A DNA stretch of 64,000 nucleotides from Verrucomicrobiia bacterium (GTDB lineage: Bacteria > Verrucomicrobiota > Verrucomicrobiia > Limisphaerales > DASXHY01), in contig DASPIL010000096.1 of assembly GCA_035629175.1 (NCBI GenBank), positions 232,309 to 296,308 on the forward strand, written 5' to 3'. A program made the position numbers and the translations under genes. Under the pieces are notes generated by a model. The model had not been told where the DNA came from. It ran no database searches and worked only from the letters and a program-made list of their open reading frames with translations. This document shows, in pieces, positions 19,279-28,380 of the stretch (position 1 is its first letter; each line of letters begins with the position of its first letter).

Positions 19279-19824
19279 ATGAAAGTTGGACCGGCTTTAT
19301 TCCTTGCAGCAGTTGTCCTCACTGGGTGCCAGACCATTCCACCCGGAGCGGAACGTGGACCCGATGGCACGATGGCATTCCATGTTCCCGTGGAAACCTC
19401 TGAACCTGGCGCGAGGATCGAAGTGAACGGCGAGATGGTGGGAACATCGCCGCTGACGCTGAAGATATTCGGTGACCCGGACGGCACGTTCCACGATTTC
19501 GGTTCGTATGAATTCCTTGTGCGGGCCTACCCCGCGCGGACCAATCAGTTCACCCAGACGCGCGTGTTCTTAACGGGCAGGATGTTCGCGGGAGAAGATC
19601 GCATCCCGCCGCAGATCTATTTCGATTTGAACCAACCGCCTCCTGTCTACGCGCCGCCGCCGCCCTATCCCCCGGGCTTTTACCCCTACCCGTACTACTA
19701 TCATTACCACCCGCCGATGTTTTATGGCCCACGCATTTACATCAATCCACGGCCGCGGCACCATCATCATCATCACAATGCCCCAATCATTCGGCACCCG
19801 CGCCCGCGGCCGCATCGCCGCTGA
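19279..19824 (+). CDS. PEGA-domain lipoprotein with Pro/Tyr/His-rich tail
   Basis: ORF 19201..19824. The ATG at 19279 gives the lipoprotein signal MKVGPALFLAAVVLTGC (lipobox LTGC). PEGA-like core EPGARIEVNGEMVGTSPLTLKI. Tail PPPVYAPPPPYPPGFYPYPYYYHYHPP...RPRHHHHHHNAP. Confidence 0.7.
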   Translation: MKVGPALFLAAVVLTGCQTIPPGAERGPDGTMAFHVPVETSEPGARIEVNGEMVGTSPLTLKIFGDPDGTFHDFGSYEFLVRAYPARTNQFTQTRVFLTGRMFAGEDRIPPQIYFDLNQPPPVYAPPPPYPPGFYPYPYYYHYHPPMFYGPRIYINPRPRHHHHHHNAPIIRHPRPRPHRR

Positions 19825-19836
19825 AGTCCAAACCGT

Positions 19837-21264
19837 TTAAACGGCGAGCAATTGCTGGCAGGCGCGGCGGAGTTTCTTGAGGCTCGCTGTGGAACGCGCT
19901 TCGATGTAGCAGCGGATCAATGGTTCGGTGCCGCTCGCCCGAAAGGCAACCCATTCACCTTTTGGCAGGAGATACTTGAACCCATCGGTCGTAATAAATT
20001 TCTCGACCTTGTAAGTGCCGACGCTTGAGAGCCCTGAACCGAGCTTTGACAGCAGCGCGTCTTTTTTGGCTTCGGGAACGCGAACGTTGATGCGGTCGCT
20101 GTGGAACTCGCCAATTTGCTTCTCCAAATCCGTTAGAATGCGGCCGAGCGATTTCTTTTCAGTTGCCACCAGTTCAGCCATCAGGAGGCACGCGAGAATG
20201 CCGTCCTTTTCCGGAACGTGGCCCTTGACGCTCAGGCCGCCTGATTCTTCGCCGCCGACAATGATGGGTTCACTTTCCATCAGCGCGCCAATGTATTTGA
20301 ACCCGACTGGCGTCTCGTGGAGTTTCACACCGAGCATTTCGGCAACGGCATCAACCTGGTGACTGCTGGGAACCGTGCGCACAACGGCGCCCGTCCAGCC
20401 GCGATTCTTCTTCAGATGATACAGGGCGAGGGTGAGGATCTGGTTGGGGGTGAGCCAGGTGCCGTCCTTGTCAACGATTCCGAACCGGTCGGCGTCGCCA
20501 TCGAGCCCGAGCCCGACTTGCGCCTTGCCGCTGCGCACGAACGCGCTCGCTTCAGCCATGCCTTCTTCATTTGGTTCAGGGTGATGTCCGCCGAACAGCG
20601 GGTTCAACTCGTCATGGAACACGGTGATCTTTGCCCCTGAGTCCTCAAGCAAACGATCCAGATAACCGCGGCCCGTGCCGTACATGAGCTCCACGGCCAC
20701 TTTGAGTTTTGCGCGTTTGATGGTTCCGAAGTCGATGAGCTTGCGCAGTTGTTTGAAGTAATCCGGTTGCGGATCAATGGTCTTGAACTCCAGCGATCCA
20801 ATCACCGCGCCGTTGAAACTCCACTTGTCCTGCTGCAGCGCCGCGACGTTCGCTTCGATGCGCTTTGTCACATCGGGTGTCGCCGGCGCGCCGTTGCTCG
20901 TAGAGAACTTCAGGCCCTGGTATTCCGCCGGATTGTGGCTCGCCGTCATGTTGATGCCGCCAATCGCTTTTCGCGCGCGAATGGTGTGGGCGATCACAGG
21001 CGTGGGTGTATCGCGGTTGCAGAGCAGGGGAGTGAGGCCGTTGCTGGCAAGCACCTCAGCGGCAGCGAGCGAGAACTCGCGGCCGAGGAATCGGGTGTCG
21101 TAGCCAAGGATCACCACGGGCTTGCGGCCGTGAATTGCAGATTGGGAATCCTTCAGTTCGTCCTTCAGGTAGAGGGCAATCGCCTGCGTCGCGAGCCGCA
21201 CATTGTCGAAAGTGAATTCGCGGGCAATGATGCCGCGCCAGCCCGACGTTCCAAATTTAATCAT
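19837..21264 (-). CDS. Phosphoglucomutase/phosphomannomutase family protein
   Basis: 475 aa. MIKFGTSGWRG N-terminus, phosphoserine loop TASHNPAEYQGLKF, metal loop GLDGDADRFG. Confidence 0.9.
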   Translation of the reverse strand: MIKFGTSGWRGIIAREFTFDNVRLATQAIALYLKDELKDSQSAIHGRKPVVILGYDTRFLGREFSLAAAEVLASNGLTPLLCNRDTPTPVIAHTIRARKAIGGINMTASHNPAEYQGLKFSTSNGAPATPDVTKRIEANVAALQQDKWSFNGAVIGSLEFKTIDPQPDYFKQLRKLIDFGTIKRAKLKVAVELMYGTGRGYLDRLLEDSGAKITVFHDELNPLFGGHHPEPNEEGMAEASAFVRSGKAQVGLGLDGDADRFGIVDKDGTWLTPNQILTLALYHLKKNRGWTGAVVRTVPSSHQVDAVAEMLGVKLHETPVGFKYIGALMESEPIIVGGEESGGLSVKGHVPEKDGILACLLMAELVATEKKSLGRILTDLEKQIGEFHSDRINVRVPEAKKDALLSKLGSGLSSVGTYKVEKFITTDGFKYLLPKGEWVAFRASGTEPLIRCYIEARSTASLKKLRRACQQLLAV

Positions 21265-21339
21265 AGGGTGACGAAGGTCAGTAATGCGTGATGGCTTGTT
21301 GAAGCGAAGACCCGCGCGTGTGAATGCGTCACACGCTGC

Positions 21340-21732
21340 TTAACTTCTCCAGTCAAAGGCGCGCTTCTTCACTGCGTAGATATAGCCGACGAACAGGATC
21401 AGCATGAAGGAAAGCATGGATCCGAAAATCAGGGAGGCATTCTCGCGCAGCATATCCTTGTAAATGACGGCCCAGGGATAGAGGAAAACGACTTCGATAT
21501 CGAACAGAATGAACAGCATCGCGACGAGGTAGAACTTCAACGACAACCTCGAGCTGCCTTCGCCGACGGGCATCATGCCGCATTCGTAAGCGGAATCTTT
21601 GATCGGAAGGCGTTTGCCTTTTTTTCCGACCAGCACGGAGAACCCAAGCATCCCGAAGGCAAAGCTCACTGCGAGCACGCCGAGCATCAGCACCGGGATG
21701 TATTGTGTCAGTTGCGACGAATCCGAATCCAT
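21340..21732 (-). CDS. nuoA: NADH-quinone oxidoreductase subunit A
   Basis: ORF 21340..21918; internal ATG at 21732. YECGMMPVGEGSSRLSLKFYLVAMLFILFDIEVVFLYPWA is the conserved NuoA/NdhC core, with three TM segments. Confidence 0.85.
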   Translation of the reverse strand: MDSDSSQLTQYIPVLMLGVLAVSFAFGMLGFSVLVGKKGKRLPIKDSAYECGMMPVGEGSSRLSLKFYLVAMLFILFDIEVVFLYPWAVIYKDMLRENASLIFGSMLSFMLILFVGYIYAVKKRAFDWRS

Positions 21733-21969
21733 GCGCTGAAATTTATGGGGCGGGCCCTTTTTATCAAGGAGGATGTTTTCCGCCCCGTCTTGGGACCTCT
21801 TGGCGAACCGAACGAACGGCGCGCGCTTCCAAACAAACCATGTTGTCTCATTAGCAAGATTCGTGGAGGCGCTCAGCACGGGCTCTCTTAGTTTCGTTTC
21901 AGATTCGTCAGAGACCAACGGGCAGAACTGACACAGATTTTAACGGCACATGACGTTGAACCTTCATCC

Positions 21970-24900
21970 ATGATCAATCGACCCAAACTCACTTTGGACG
22001 GCAACGAAGCCGTCGCGCACGTCGCCTACCGGCTCAACGAAGTCATGGCGATCTACCCAATCACCCCGTCTTCACCCATGGCGGAATGGTGTGATCAATG
22101 GTCGTCCGAGGGCCGTAAGAACCTTTGGAACACCACGCCGGCCATCGTGGAGATGCAGAGCGAAGGAGGCGCAGTCGCCAACGTTCACGGCGCGCTGCAG
22201 ACGGGTTCGGTTGCCACGACCTTCACAGCCTCGCAAGGGTTGCTCCTGATGATTCCCAATATGTACAAGATCGCCGGCGAATTGCTGCCGACGGTTTTCC
22301 ACGTGACCGCGCGTGCTGTCGCGACCCACGCGCTGTCGATCTTTGGCGATCACAGCGACGTCATGTCGGTTCGTTCCGCGGGCTGGGCGATGCTCGCGTC
22401 GGCCAGTGTCCAGGAGGCAACTGACTTTGCATTGATTGCGCAGGCCGCAACGCTTCGTTCGCGCATTCCGTTCGTGCACTTCTTCGATGGCTTCCGAACG
22501 TCGCACGAAGTCCAGAAAATTGAAATGCTTGCTGAGGAAGACCTGCGCGCGCTGATCGATGACGAACTGATTGCCGCCCATCGGTCCCGTGCCATGACTC
22601 CGGACAGTCCCGTGCTTCGCGGAACAGCACAGAATCCCGACGCGTTTTTCCAGGGTCGTGAAGCCTGCAATCCGTATTATGACAAATGCTCCAACATCGT
22701 TGCAGAAGCGATGGACGCATTTGGCAAACAGGTGGGACGCCATTACCAGCCGTTCGAGTACGCCGGCTCGCCGCTGGCCGAACGCGTGGTTGTGCTGATG
22801 GGATCGGGTTGCGAAGCAGCGCATGAAACCGTCGATCACCTGCTGGCGCAGGACGAGAAGGTCGGAATCGTGAAGGTTCGTCTTTATCGCCCGTTCGATA
22901 GCAAACGCTTCATCGAATCCCTGCCCGCAACGGCGCGCACGATTGCAGTTCTCGATCGTACCAAGGAACCGGGCGCAGCAGGCGAGCCCTTGTTCCAGGA
23001 TTGCATCGCCGCCATTTACGAAGGGCTCACCAACGGCTGGGGGCGCATTCAATCGCTGCCGCGAATTTTCGGCGGACGTTATGGATTGTCGTCCAAGGAA
23101 TTTACGCCCGCGATGGTGAAGGCTGTCTTCGACAACCTGAAGCTCGAAAAGCCCAAGAACCACTTCACGGTTGGAATCAACGACGACGTATCACACACGA
23201 GCCTTCCCGTTGACCCCGACTTCTCGACTGAACCGGCTTCCGTCATTCGCTCCTTGTTTTACGGCCTGGGCGCGGACGGAACAGTTGGCGCGAACAAGAA
23301 CTCGATCAAAATTATTGGCGAGGGAACGGATAATTACGCGCAGGGATACTTCGTTTACGATTCCAAGAAGTCCGGCAGCATGACCGTGTCGCATCTGCGC
23401 TTTGGTCCCGAGCCGATTCGTTCCACGTACCTGGTGACGCGCGCAAACTTCGTCGCGTGCCATCAGCCGATGTTCCTTGAACGTTTCGACATGGTGAAGC
23501 CGCTTGTGAACGGCGGAACCTTCCTGCTCAACACGCCCTACACCATGGATCAAATCTGGTCGCACCTTCCGACGCCTGTGCAGGAAGCGCTGCTTGCGAA
23601 AGACATCAAGCTGTTTGTGATCGATGCGACGAAGGTTGCCCGCGACAGCGGCATGGGCGGACGCATCAACACCATCATGCAGGTCTGCTTCTTCGCCTTG
23701 TCGGGCGTGCTGCCACGCGAGGCAGCGATTGAGGCGATCAAGTATTCCATCAGGAAGACCTACGGGAAGAAGGGCGAGGAAATTGTCGCCATGAACCTGA
23801 AGGCGGTGGACAACACGCTTGCCCATCTGCATGAGGTTTCGTTGACGAGCCCGAAGAATGGCACTGGCCCGCTGCTTCCGCCCGTCACCGACAACGCACC
23901 GCGTTTTGTCAAAAATGTTCTCGGCAGACTTACTGCGGGCGAAGGGGATGAACTGCCAGTCAGCGCCTTTCCTGTTGACGGAACCTTTCCGACTGCGACT
24001 GCGCAGTATGAAAAGCGCAACCTCGCAACTGATATCCCGGTGTGGGACGAGAAAACCTGTATTCAGTGCCTCAAGTGCGTCGCGATCTGCCCGCACGCCA
24101 CGATTCGCGCAAAGGTTTATGACGAGTCGGACCTTGCAGGCGCCCCTGCGACGTTCAAGAGCTGCGACTCACGCCTGCCGGATTTCAAGGGGATGAAGTT
24201 TTCGCTGCAGGTGGCAGCCGAGGATTGCACGGGATGCGGCATTTGCGTCGACGTCTGTCCTGCGAAGAACAAAACGGAGGCCAAGCTCAAGGCGATCAAC
24301 ATGCGCCCGCAGCCGCCATTGCGACTGCAGGAGCGCGACAATTGGGACTTCTTCCTGACCCTGCCCGAGCTGGATCGCCGAAAAATAAAGCCTGGTGTGT
24401 TGCGCCAGCAGCAGTTGCTGCAGCCGCTGTTTGAATTCAGCGGCGCCTGCGCGGGTTGCGGCGAGACGCCCTACATCAAGATGCTCACGCAATTGTTCGG
24501 CGATCGAATTGTCATCGCCAACGCAACAGGCTGTTCCTCGATCTACGGCGGCAATCTGCCGACCACCCCCTATGCCAAAAACAGCTGCGGTCGCGGGCCC
24601 ACATGGGCGAACTCGCTGTTTGAGGACAACGCAGAGTTCGGCCTCGGCTTCCGGGTGTCGATTGACAAGCAACAGGAATTTGCCTCTGAACTGGTGCAGA
24701 AGCTCGCCCCAAAAATCGGCGACGACCTTGTCACTGCCATTCTCACGGCGGATCAAAGTGACGAAGCCGGCATTCACGATCAACGCGCGCGCGTCACCGC
24801 GCTCAAGGAAAAGCTCAAGACACTGGACGCACCTGAGACCAAGCTGCTCGTCCCGCTCGTTGACACTCTCGTCAAGAAGAGCGTTTGGATTCTCGGCGGC

Positions 24901-25611
24901 GACGGCTGGGCGTATGACATCGGTTACGGTGGCTTGGATCACGTCCTCGCCAGCGGCCGTAACGTGAACGTGCTCGTCATGGACACCGAAGTTTACTCAA
25001 ACACGGGAGGCCAGATGTCGAAGTCGACGCCGCGCGGTGCGGTGGCGAAGTTCGCAGCGGGCGGAAAGCCGGCTGGCAAGAAGGACCTCGGCCTGATCGC
25101 AATGACCTACGGGCACATTTACGTCGCGAGTGTGGCGATGGGCGCAAAGGATGAGCACACACTGAAGGCTTTCATCGAGGCGGAGACGTATCCTGGGCCG
25201 TCCCTGATCATTGCCTACAGCCATTGCATCGCCCATGGCATCGCGCTCGACCAGGGCGTTGGCGCGCGCCAGCAGAAACTGGCTGTCGATTCCGGACAGT
25301 GGCTCTTGTATCGATACGATCCACGCCGGGCGCAGGCGGGTGAGAATCCGCTGCAGCTCGACTCAGGCGCGGCCCGCGCGAAAGTCCAGGATTACATGCT
25401 CTCGGAAAACCGCTTCAAGATGCTGACCAAGAGCAAACCCGAAGACGCGAAGCGATACTTCGCACAGGCGCAGGTCGATGCCGATAATCGCTGGAAGTTC
25501 TACCAGTTCATGGCGCAACGTGACATGAAGGCGGGCTCCAATGGACATGCGGCGGCCGCTGCGAAGCCGGAATTAACCGTGCAACCCCGATCCCAGATCA
25601 CCTCTGTATGA
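21970..25611 (+). CDS. nifJ: Pyruvate:ferredoxin (flavodoxin) oxidoreductase
   Basis: 1213 aa single-chain PFOR. Two 4Fe-4S motifs (CIQCLKCVAICP, CTGCGICVDVCP) and the TPP-binding block GGDGWAYDIGYGGLDH. Confidence 0.95.
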   Translation: MINRPKLTLDGNEAVAHVAYRLNEVMAIYPITPSSPMAEWCDQWSSEGRKNLWNTTPAIVEMQSEGGAVANVHGALQTGSVATTFTASQGLLLMIPNMYKIAGELLPTVFHVTARAVATHALSIFGDHSDVMSVRSAGWAMLASASVQEATDFALIAQAATLRSRIPFVHFFDGFRTSHEVQKIEMLAEEDLRALIDDELIAAHRSRAMTPDSPVLRGTAQNPDAFFQGREACNPYYDKCSNIVAEAMDAFGKQVGRHYQPFEYAGSPLAERVVVLMGSGCEAAHETVDHLLAQDEKVGIVKVRLYRPFDSKRFIESLPATARTIAVLDRTKEPGAAGEPLFQDCIAAIYEGLTNGWGRIQSLPRIFGGRYGLSSKEFTPAMVKAVFDNLKLEKPKNHFTVGINDDVSHTSLPVDPDFSTEPASVIRSLFYGLGADGTVGANKNSIKIIGEGTDNYAQGYFVYDSKKSGSMTVSHLRFGPEPIRSTYLVTRANFVACHQPMFLERFDMVKPLVNGGTFLLNTPYTMDQIWSHLPTPVQEALLAKDIKLFVIDATKVARDSGMGGRINTIMQVCFFALSGVLPREAAIEAIKYSIRKTYGKKGEEIVAMNLKAVDNTLAHLHEVSLTSPKNGTGPLLPPVTDNAPRFVKNVLGRLTAGEGDELPVSAFPVDGTFPTATAQYEKRNLATDIPVWDEKTCIQCLKCVAICPHATIRAKVYDESDLAGAPATFKSCDSRLPDFKGMKFSLQVAAEDCTGCGICVDVCPAKNKTEAKLKAINMRPQPPLRLQERDNWDFFLTLPELDRRKIKPGVLRQQQLLQPLFEFSGACAGCGETPYIKMLTQLFGDRIVIANATGCSSIYGGNLPTTPYAKNSCGRGPTWANSLFEDNAEFGLGFRVSIDKQQEFASELVQKLAPKIGDDLVTAILTADQSDEAGIHDQRARVTALKEKLKTLDAPETKLLVPLVDTLVKKSVWILGGDGWAYDIGYGGLDHVLASGRNVNVLVMDTEVYSNTGGQMSKSTPRGAVAKFAAGGKPAGKKDLGLIAMTYGHIYVASVAMGAKDEHTLKAFIEAETYPGPSLIIAYSHCIAHGIALDQGVGARQQKLAVDSGQWLLYRYDPRRAQAGENPLQLDSGAARAKVQDYMLSENRFKMLTKSKPEDAKRYFAQAQVDADNRWKFYQFMAQRDMKAGSNGHAAAAAKPELTVQPRSQITSV

Positions 25612-26609
25612 CAATGGACCTTGCGACTAATTATCTCGGCCTGAAGTTACGGACACCGCTGGTCGTCGCGGCGTGTCCCCTGTCCGAGGAGATCGATAAC
25701 ATCAAAGAAATGGAGGATGCGGGCGCTGCCGCGGTTGTTCTCTATTCGCTGTTCGAGGAACAGCTGCGCCAGGATCAACTTGAGTTGAACCAGCGGATGG
25801 AGCAGGGGACCTTCAGTTCCCCGGAATCGCTCACGTATTTTCCTGAACCCGAAGAATATCACCTCGGCCCGGAGGAATACCTCAACCACATTGCAAAGGC
25901 CAAGGCGGCAGTCCATCTGCCGGTGATCGCGAGTCTCAATGGCTCGTCCACCGGCGGTTGGACAAACTACGCAAAGAAAATCGAGCAAGCCGGTGCCGAC
26001 GCGCTGGAGTTGAACATTTATTATATTCCAACGGATCCGAACCTCACAGGCAACGAGGTTGAGCAAACCTATCTCGACATCCTGAAATCCGTGAAATCGG
26101 CGGTGACGATTCCTGTTGCGGTAAAGCTTAGTCCGTTCTTCAGCAACTTCGCGAACATGGCGAAGAAGCTGGACGATGCGGGGGCAGATGGATTGGTGTT
26201 GTTCAATCGCTTTTACCAGCCCGACATCGAGCTCGAAACCCTGGAAGTGAAGCCGAATATCCTGCTGAGCACGCCGATGGCCATGCGCGTCCCGTTGCGA
26301 TGGGTGGCGTTGCTGTATGATCGCATCCGGGCGGACCTCGCGGCGACGAGCGGTGTTCATCGCGCCTCCGATGCCTTGAAGATGTTGATGGCGGGCGCCG
26401 ACGTCACGATGCTGTGTTCTGTCCTGATACGGCACGGAATCCAACAGATCCGTCACATTGAACGCGAACTCGCGCAATGGATGGAGGAACACGAATATGT
26501 TTCCGTTCAACAATTGCGCGGGAGCCTCAGCCAAAAAAACTCCGCCAATCCAACAGCCTTCGAGCGCGCGCAATACATGAAAGCGCTGGCGACATTTCCA
26601 ATGCGCTGA
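25608..26609 (+). CDS. Dihydroorotate dehydrogenase-like (TIM-barrel flavoprotein-like) protein
   Basis: 333 aa. N-terminus MDLATNYLGLKLRTPLVVAACPLS and the overall DHOD/DHPD-like pattern. The ATG overlaps the nifJ stop (ATGA at 25608-25611). Confidence 0.7.
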   Translation: MTMDLATNYLGLKLRTPLVVAACPLSEEIDNIKEMEDAGAAAVVLYSLFEEQLRQDQLELNQRMEQGTFSSPESLTYFPEPEEYHLGPEEYLNHIAKAKAAVHLPVIASLNGSSTGGWTNYAKKIEQAGADALELNIYYIPTDPNLTGNEVEQTYLDILKSVKSAVTIPVAVKLSPFFSNFANMAKKLDDAGADGLVLFNRFYQPDIELETLEVKPNILLSTPMAMRVPLRWVALLYDRIRADLAATSGVHRASDALKMLMAGADVTMLCSVLIRHGIQQIRHIERELAQWMEEHEYVSVQQLRGSLSQKNSANPTAFERAQYMKALATFPMR

Positions 26610-26973
26610 AACCTGTGTCTACCGGGTCGGCGTGCGGCGACGGAGACGTGTCTCCAGCATGGGATTTGCGGCAACCCCGGAACGAGCGGGTGCTGCAGGC
26701 GTGACGACAATCGTACTGGAACGGGATCGGCGGGGACCGAAGCGCCAACTTGCAGTCGGCATAGCACTTTCAATCGGAATGGACGCCCGACCTCATCCAG
26801 CGGTGGCGTTCTTTTGGGTATCGACATAATTCTTCATGCAGGGGCTATCGTTTTTTTATTCGTCATAAGCCCACTGCACTCGGCGCTTCGAGGCCCCGCT
26901 TCCTCGTTTCTGAGGGAAACCTTCGTTCCCGGAACAAGTCCCCTTCCAAAGATTTCTGCTGTACAACTTCGGC

Positions 26974-27010
26974 TTGACATAGTTGTTAACTGTCATAGTG
27001 TCCTAGGACA
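26974..27010 (+). promoter_or_regulatory. Candidate sigma70-type promoter plus palindromic operator upstream of the GntR/YtrA operon
   Basis: TTGACA at 26974-26979, with a weak -10-like tagtgt about 16 bp downstream. A perfect 12-bp palindrome TGTCCTAGGACA lies at 26999-27010, immediately before the RBS-like GAAGG (27011-27015) and the ATG at 27020. Confidence 0.45.
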
Positions 27011-27019
27011 GAAGGTGCC

Positions 27020-27451
27020 ATGGTGTTTCAAATCGATTTCAAGTCAGGCAAGCCGGTTTACCTACAGCTGGTGGACCAGGTGCGTTATGCGGCGGCATCG
27101 GGCGGCTTGCGTCCCGGAGAAGCGTTACCATCCATTCGCCCGCTGGCAGAGGAGCTCAAGGTGAATCGAAACACGATTGCCAAGGCGTATTCCGAACTTG
27201 AGAGCCAGGGAGTCATTGAAACCATTCCAGGCAAGGGCTGTTTTCTTTGCGAGACCCATTCGCCCTTCACAAAAGCGGTCCGGCAAAAGCTCTTGATCAG
27301 GGAGATTGACGAAGCCGTCATCACCGCGCATCACCTGCAGGTCGACCGCGAAACATTCCTCAAGCTCGTTGGGGAGCGCCTGAATGAAATCGAACGGAAG
27401 GCCGCTGACGCGCAGGAATCCTCTTCAAAAACGCCAAGGAAAAACCAATGA
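27020..27451 (+). CDS. GntR-family transcriptional regulator, YtrA-like (short effector domain)
   Basis: 143 aa. Winged-HTH block LPSIRPLAEELKVNRNTIAKAYSELESQGVIETIPGKGCFL, with a short C-terminal helical tail as in the YtrA subfamily. Confidence 0.85.
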   Translation: MVFQIDFKSGKPVYLQLVDQVRYAAASGGLRPGEALPSIRPLAEELKVNRNTIAKAYSELESQGVIETIPGKGCFLCETHSPFTKAVRQKLLIREIDEAVITAHHLQVDRETFLKLVGERLNEIERKAADAQESSSKTPRKNQ

Positions 27452-28380
27452 ACCATGTCATCGAAATCGACGGACTCACGCGACGCTACGGGAAACTCGA
27501 TGCGGTCCAGGGGCTCAGCCTCAAGGTGCCAACGGGATCGTGTTACGGGTTTTTCGGGCGGAACGGCGCCGGAAAAACCACGACGATTAAGTGCCTGTTG
27601 AACCTCTTGCGGCCGCAAGCGGGATCGATCCGCGTGTTTGGCGTCGATCCGCAAAAGGACGAAGTCGCAGTGAAATCGCGGCTGGCGTATGTGCCCGACG
27701 CGGTAGCGTTCTATCCGTGGATGACCGTTCGTGACACTCTCGAATACTTCGCATCTTTTCGTAAGCACTGGAATCGGGATATCGAAGCTGACCTGCTCAA
27801 GCGATTTGGTCTCGAGTTGAAACAGAAAGCCACAGCGCTGTCCAAGGGGCAGAAGACGCAGCTCGCGCTCATCACTGCAGTTTGTCCCGAACCCGAATTG
27901 CTCGTGCTGGATGAGCCGACTTCCGGTCTCGATCCAATCGTGCGGCGCGAATTCATCGAGACCGTGATTGGCGCATATCAATCGAGTGATCCCCTGAATC
28001 GCACAGTTTTTGTATCGACGCATTTGATCTCGGAGTTCGAGGGGTTGATTGATCGTTTTACCATCATCGAGAACGGTCGGGAACTGATGACGATGGATGC
28101 GGATGCGGCGCGGGAACGATTTAAGAAGATCCGGGTTCGATTCAGGGAGGCGGGCGCAAGTGTGGATCTGCTTGACGCCTTGCATGTGAAACAATCCGGG
28201 CGAGACGCCGAAATATTGGTGAACGGCAAAAGCGATCATTTGATTGCGCAACTGCGCCAGCGCGGTCTTGAAGACTTGCGCGTGGAATCGTTGTCGCTCG
28301 AAGAAATCTTTGTAGCTTCTCGGGCGCTCACTGCGGAAAATCGTGACGCCGGTGTTGCGACCGTGGGAGGCGGCCAATGA
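27448..28380 (+). CDS. ABC transporter ATP-binding protein
   Basis: 310 aa. Walker A GRNGAGKTT, signature LSKGQKTQ, Walker B LLVLDEPTSGLD. ATGA overlap with the regulator stop. Confidence 0.9.
   Translation: MNHVIEIDGLTRRYGKLDAVQGLSLKVPTGSCYGFFGRNGAGKTTTIKCLLNLLRPQAGSIRVFGVDPQKDEVAVKSRLAYVPDAVAFYPWMTVRDTLEYFASFRKHWNRDIEADLLKRFGLELKQKATALSKGQKTQLALITAVCPEPELLVLDEPTSGLDPIVRREFIETVIGAYQSSDPLNRTVFVSTHLISEFEGLIDRFTIIENGRELMTMDADAARERFKKIRVRFREAGASVDLLDALHVKQSGRDAEILVNGKSDHLIAQLRQRGLEDLRVESLSLEEIFVASRALTAENRDAGVATVGGGQ

Noticed and set aside
19833-19844. Perfect palindrome CCGTTTAAACGG between the convergent lipoprotein and pgm genes, considered as a bidirectional terminator
   Set aside because: The AT-rich centre gives only a 4-bp GC stem. 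There is no flanking T-tract on either strand, and it overlaps the pgm stop codon. This is too weak to call.
26610-26973. Long (~410 bp with the promoter) gene-free gap after the PFOR operon; examined for a riboswitch, sRNA or small ORF
   Set aside because: I found only weak 5-6-bp hairpins (e.g. ggagac..gtctcc near 26642-26655 and gggaa..ttccc near 26913-26929) and a T-run at 26861-26867 without a preceding GC stem. No riboswitch-like conserved core was recognisable. The listed ORFs there (26632-26829, 26507-26827) are Arg-rich and overlap each other.
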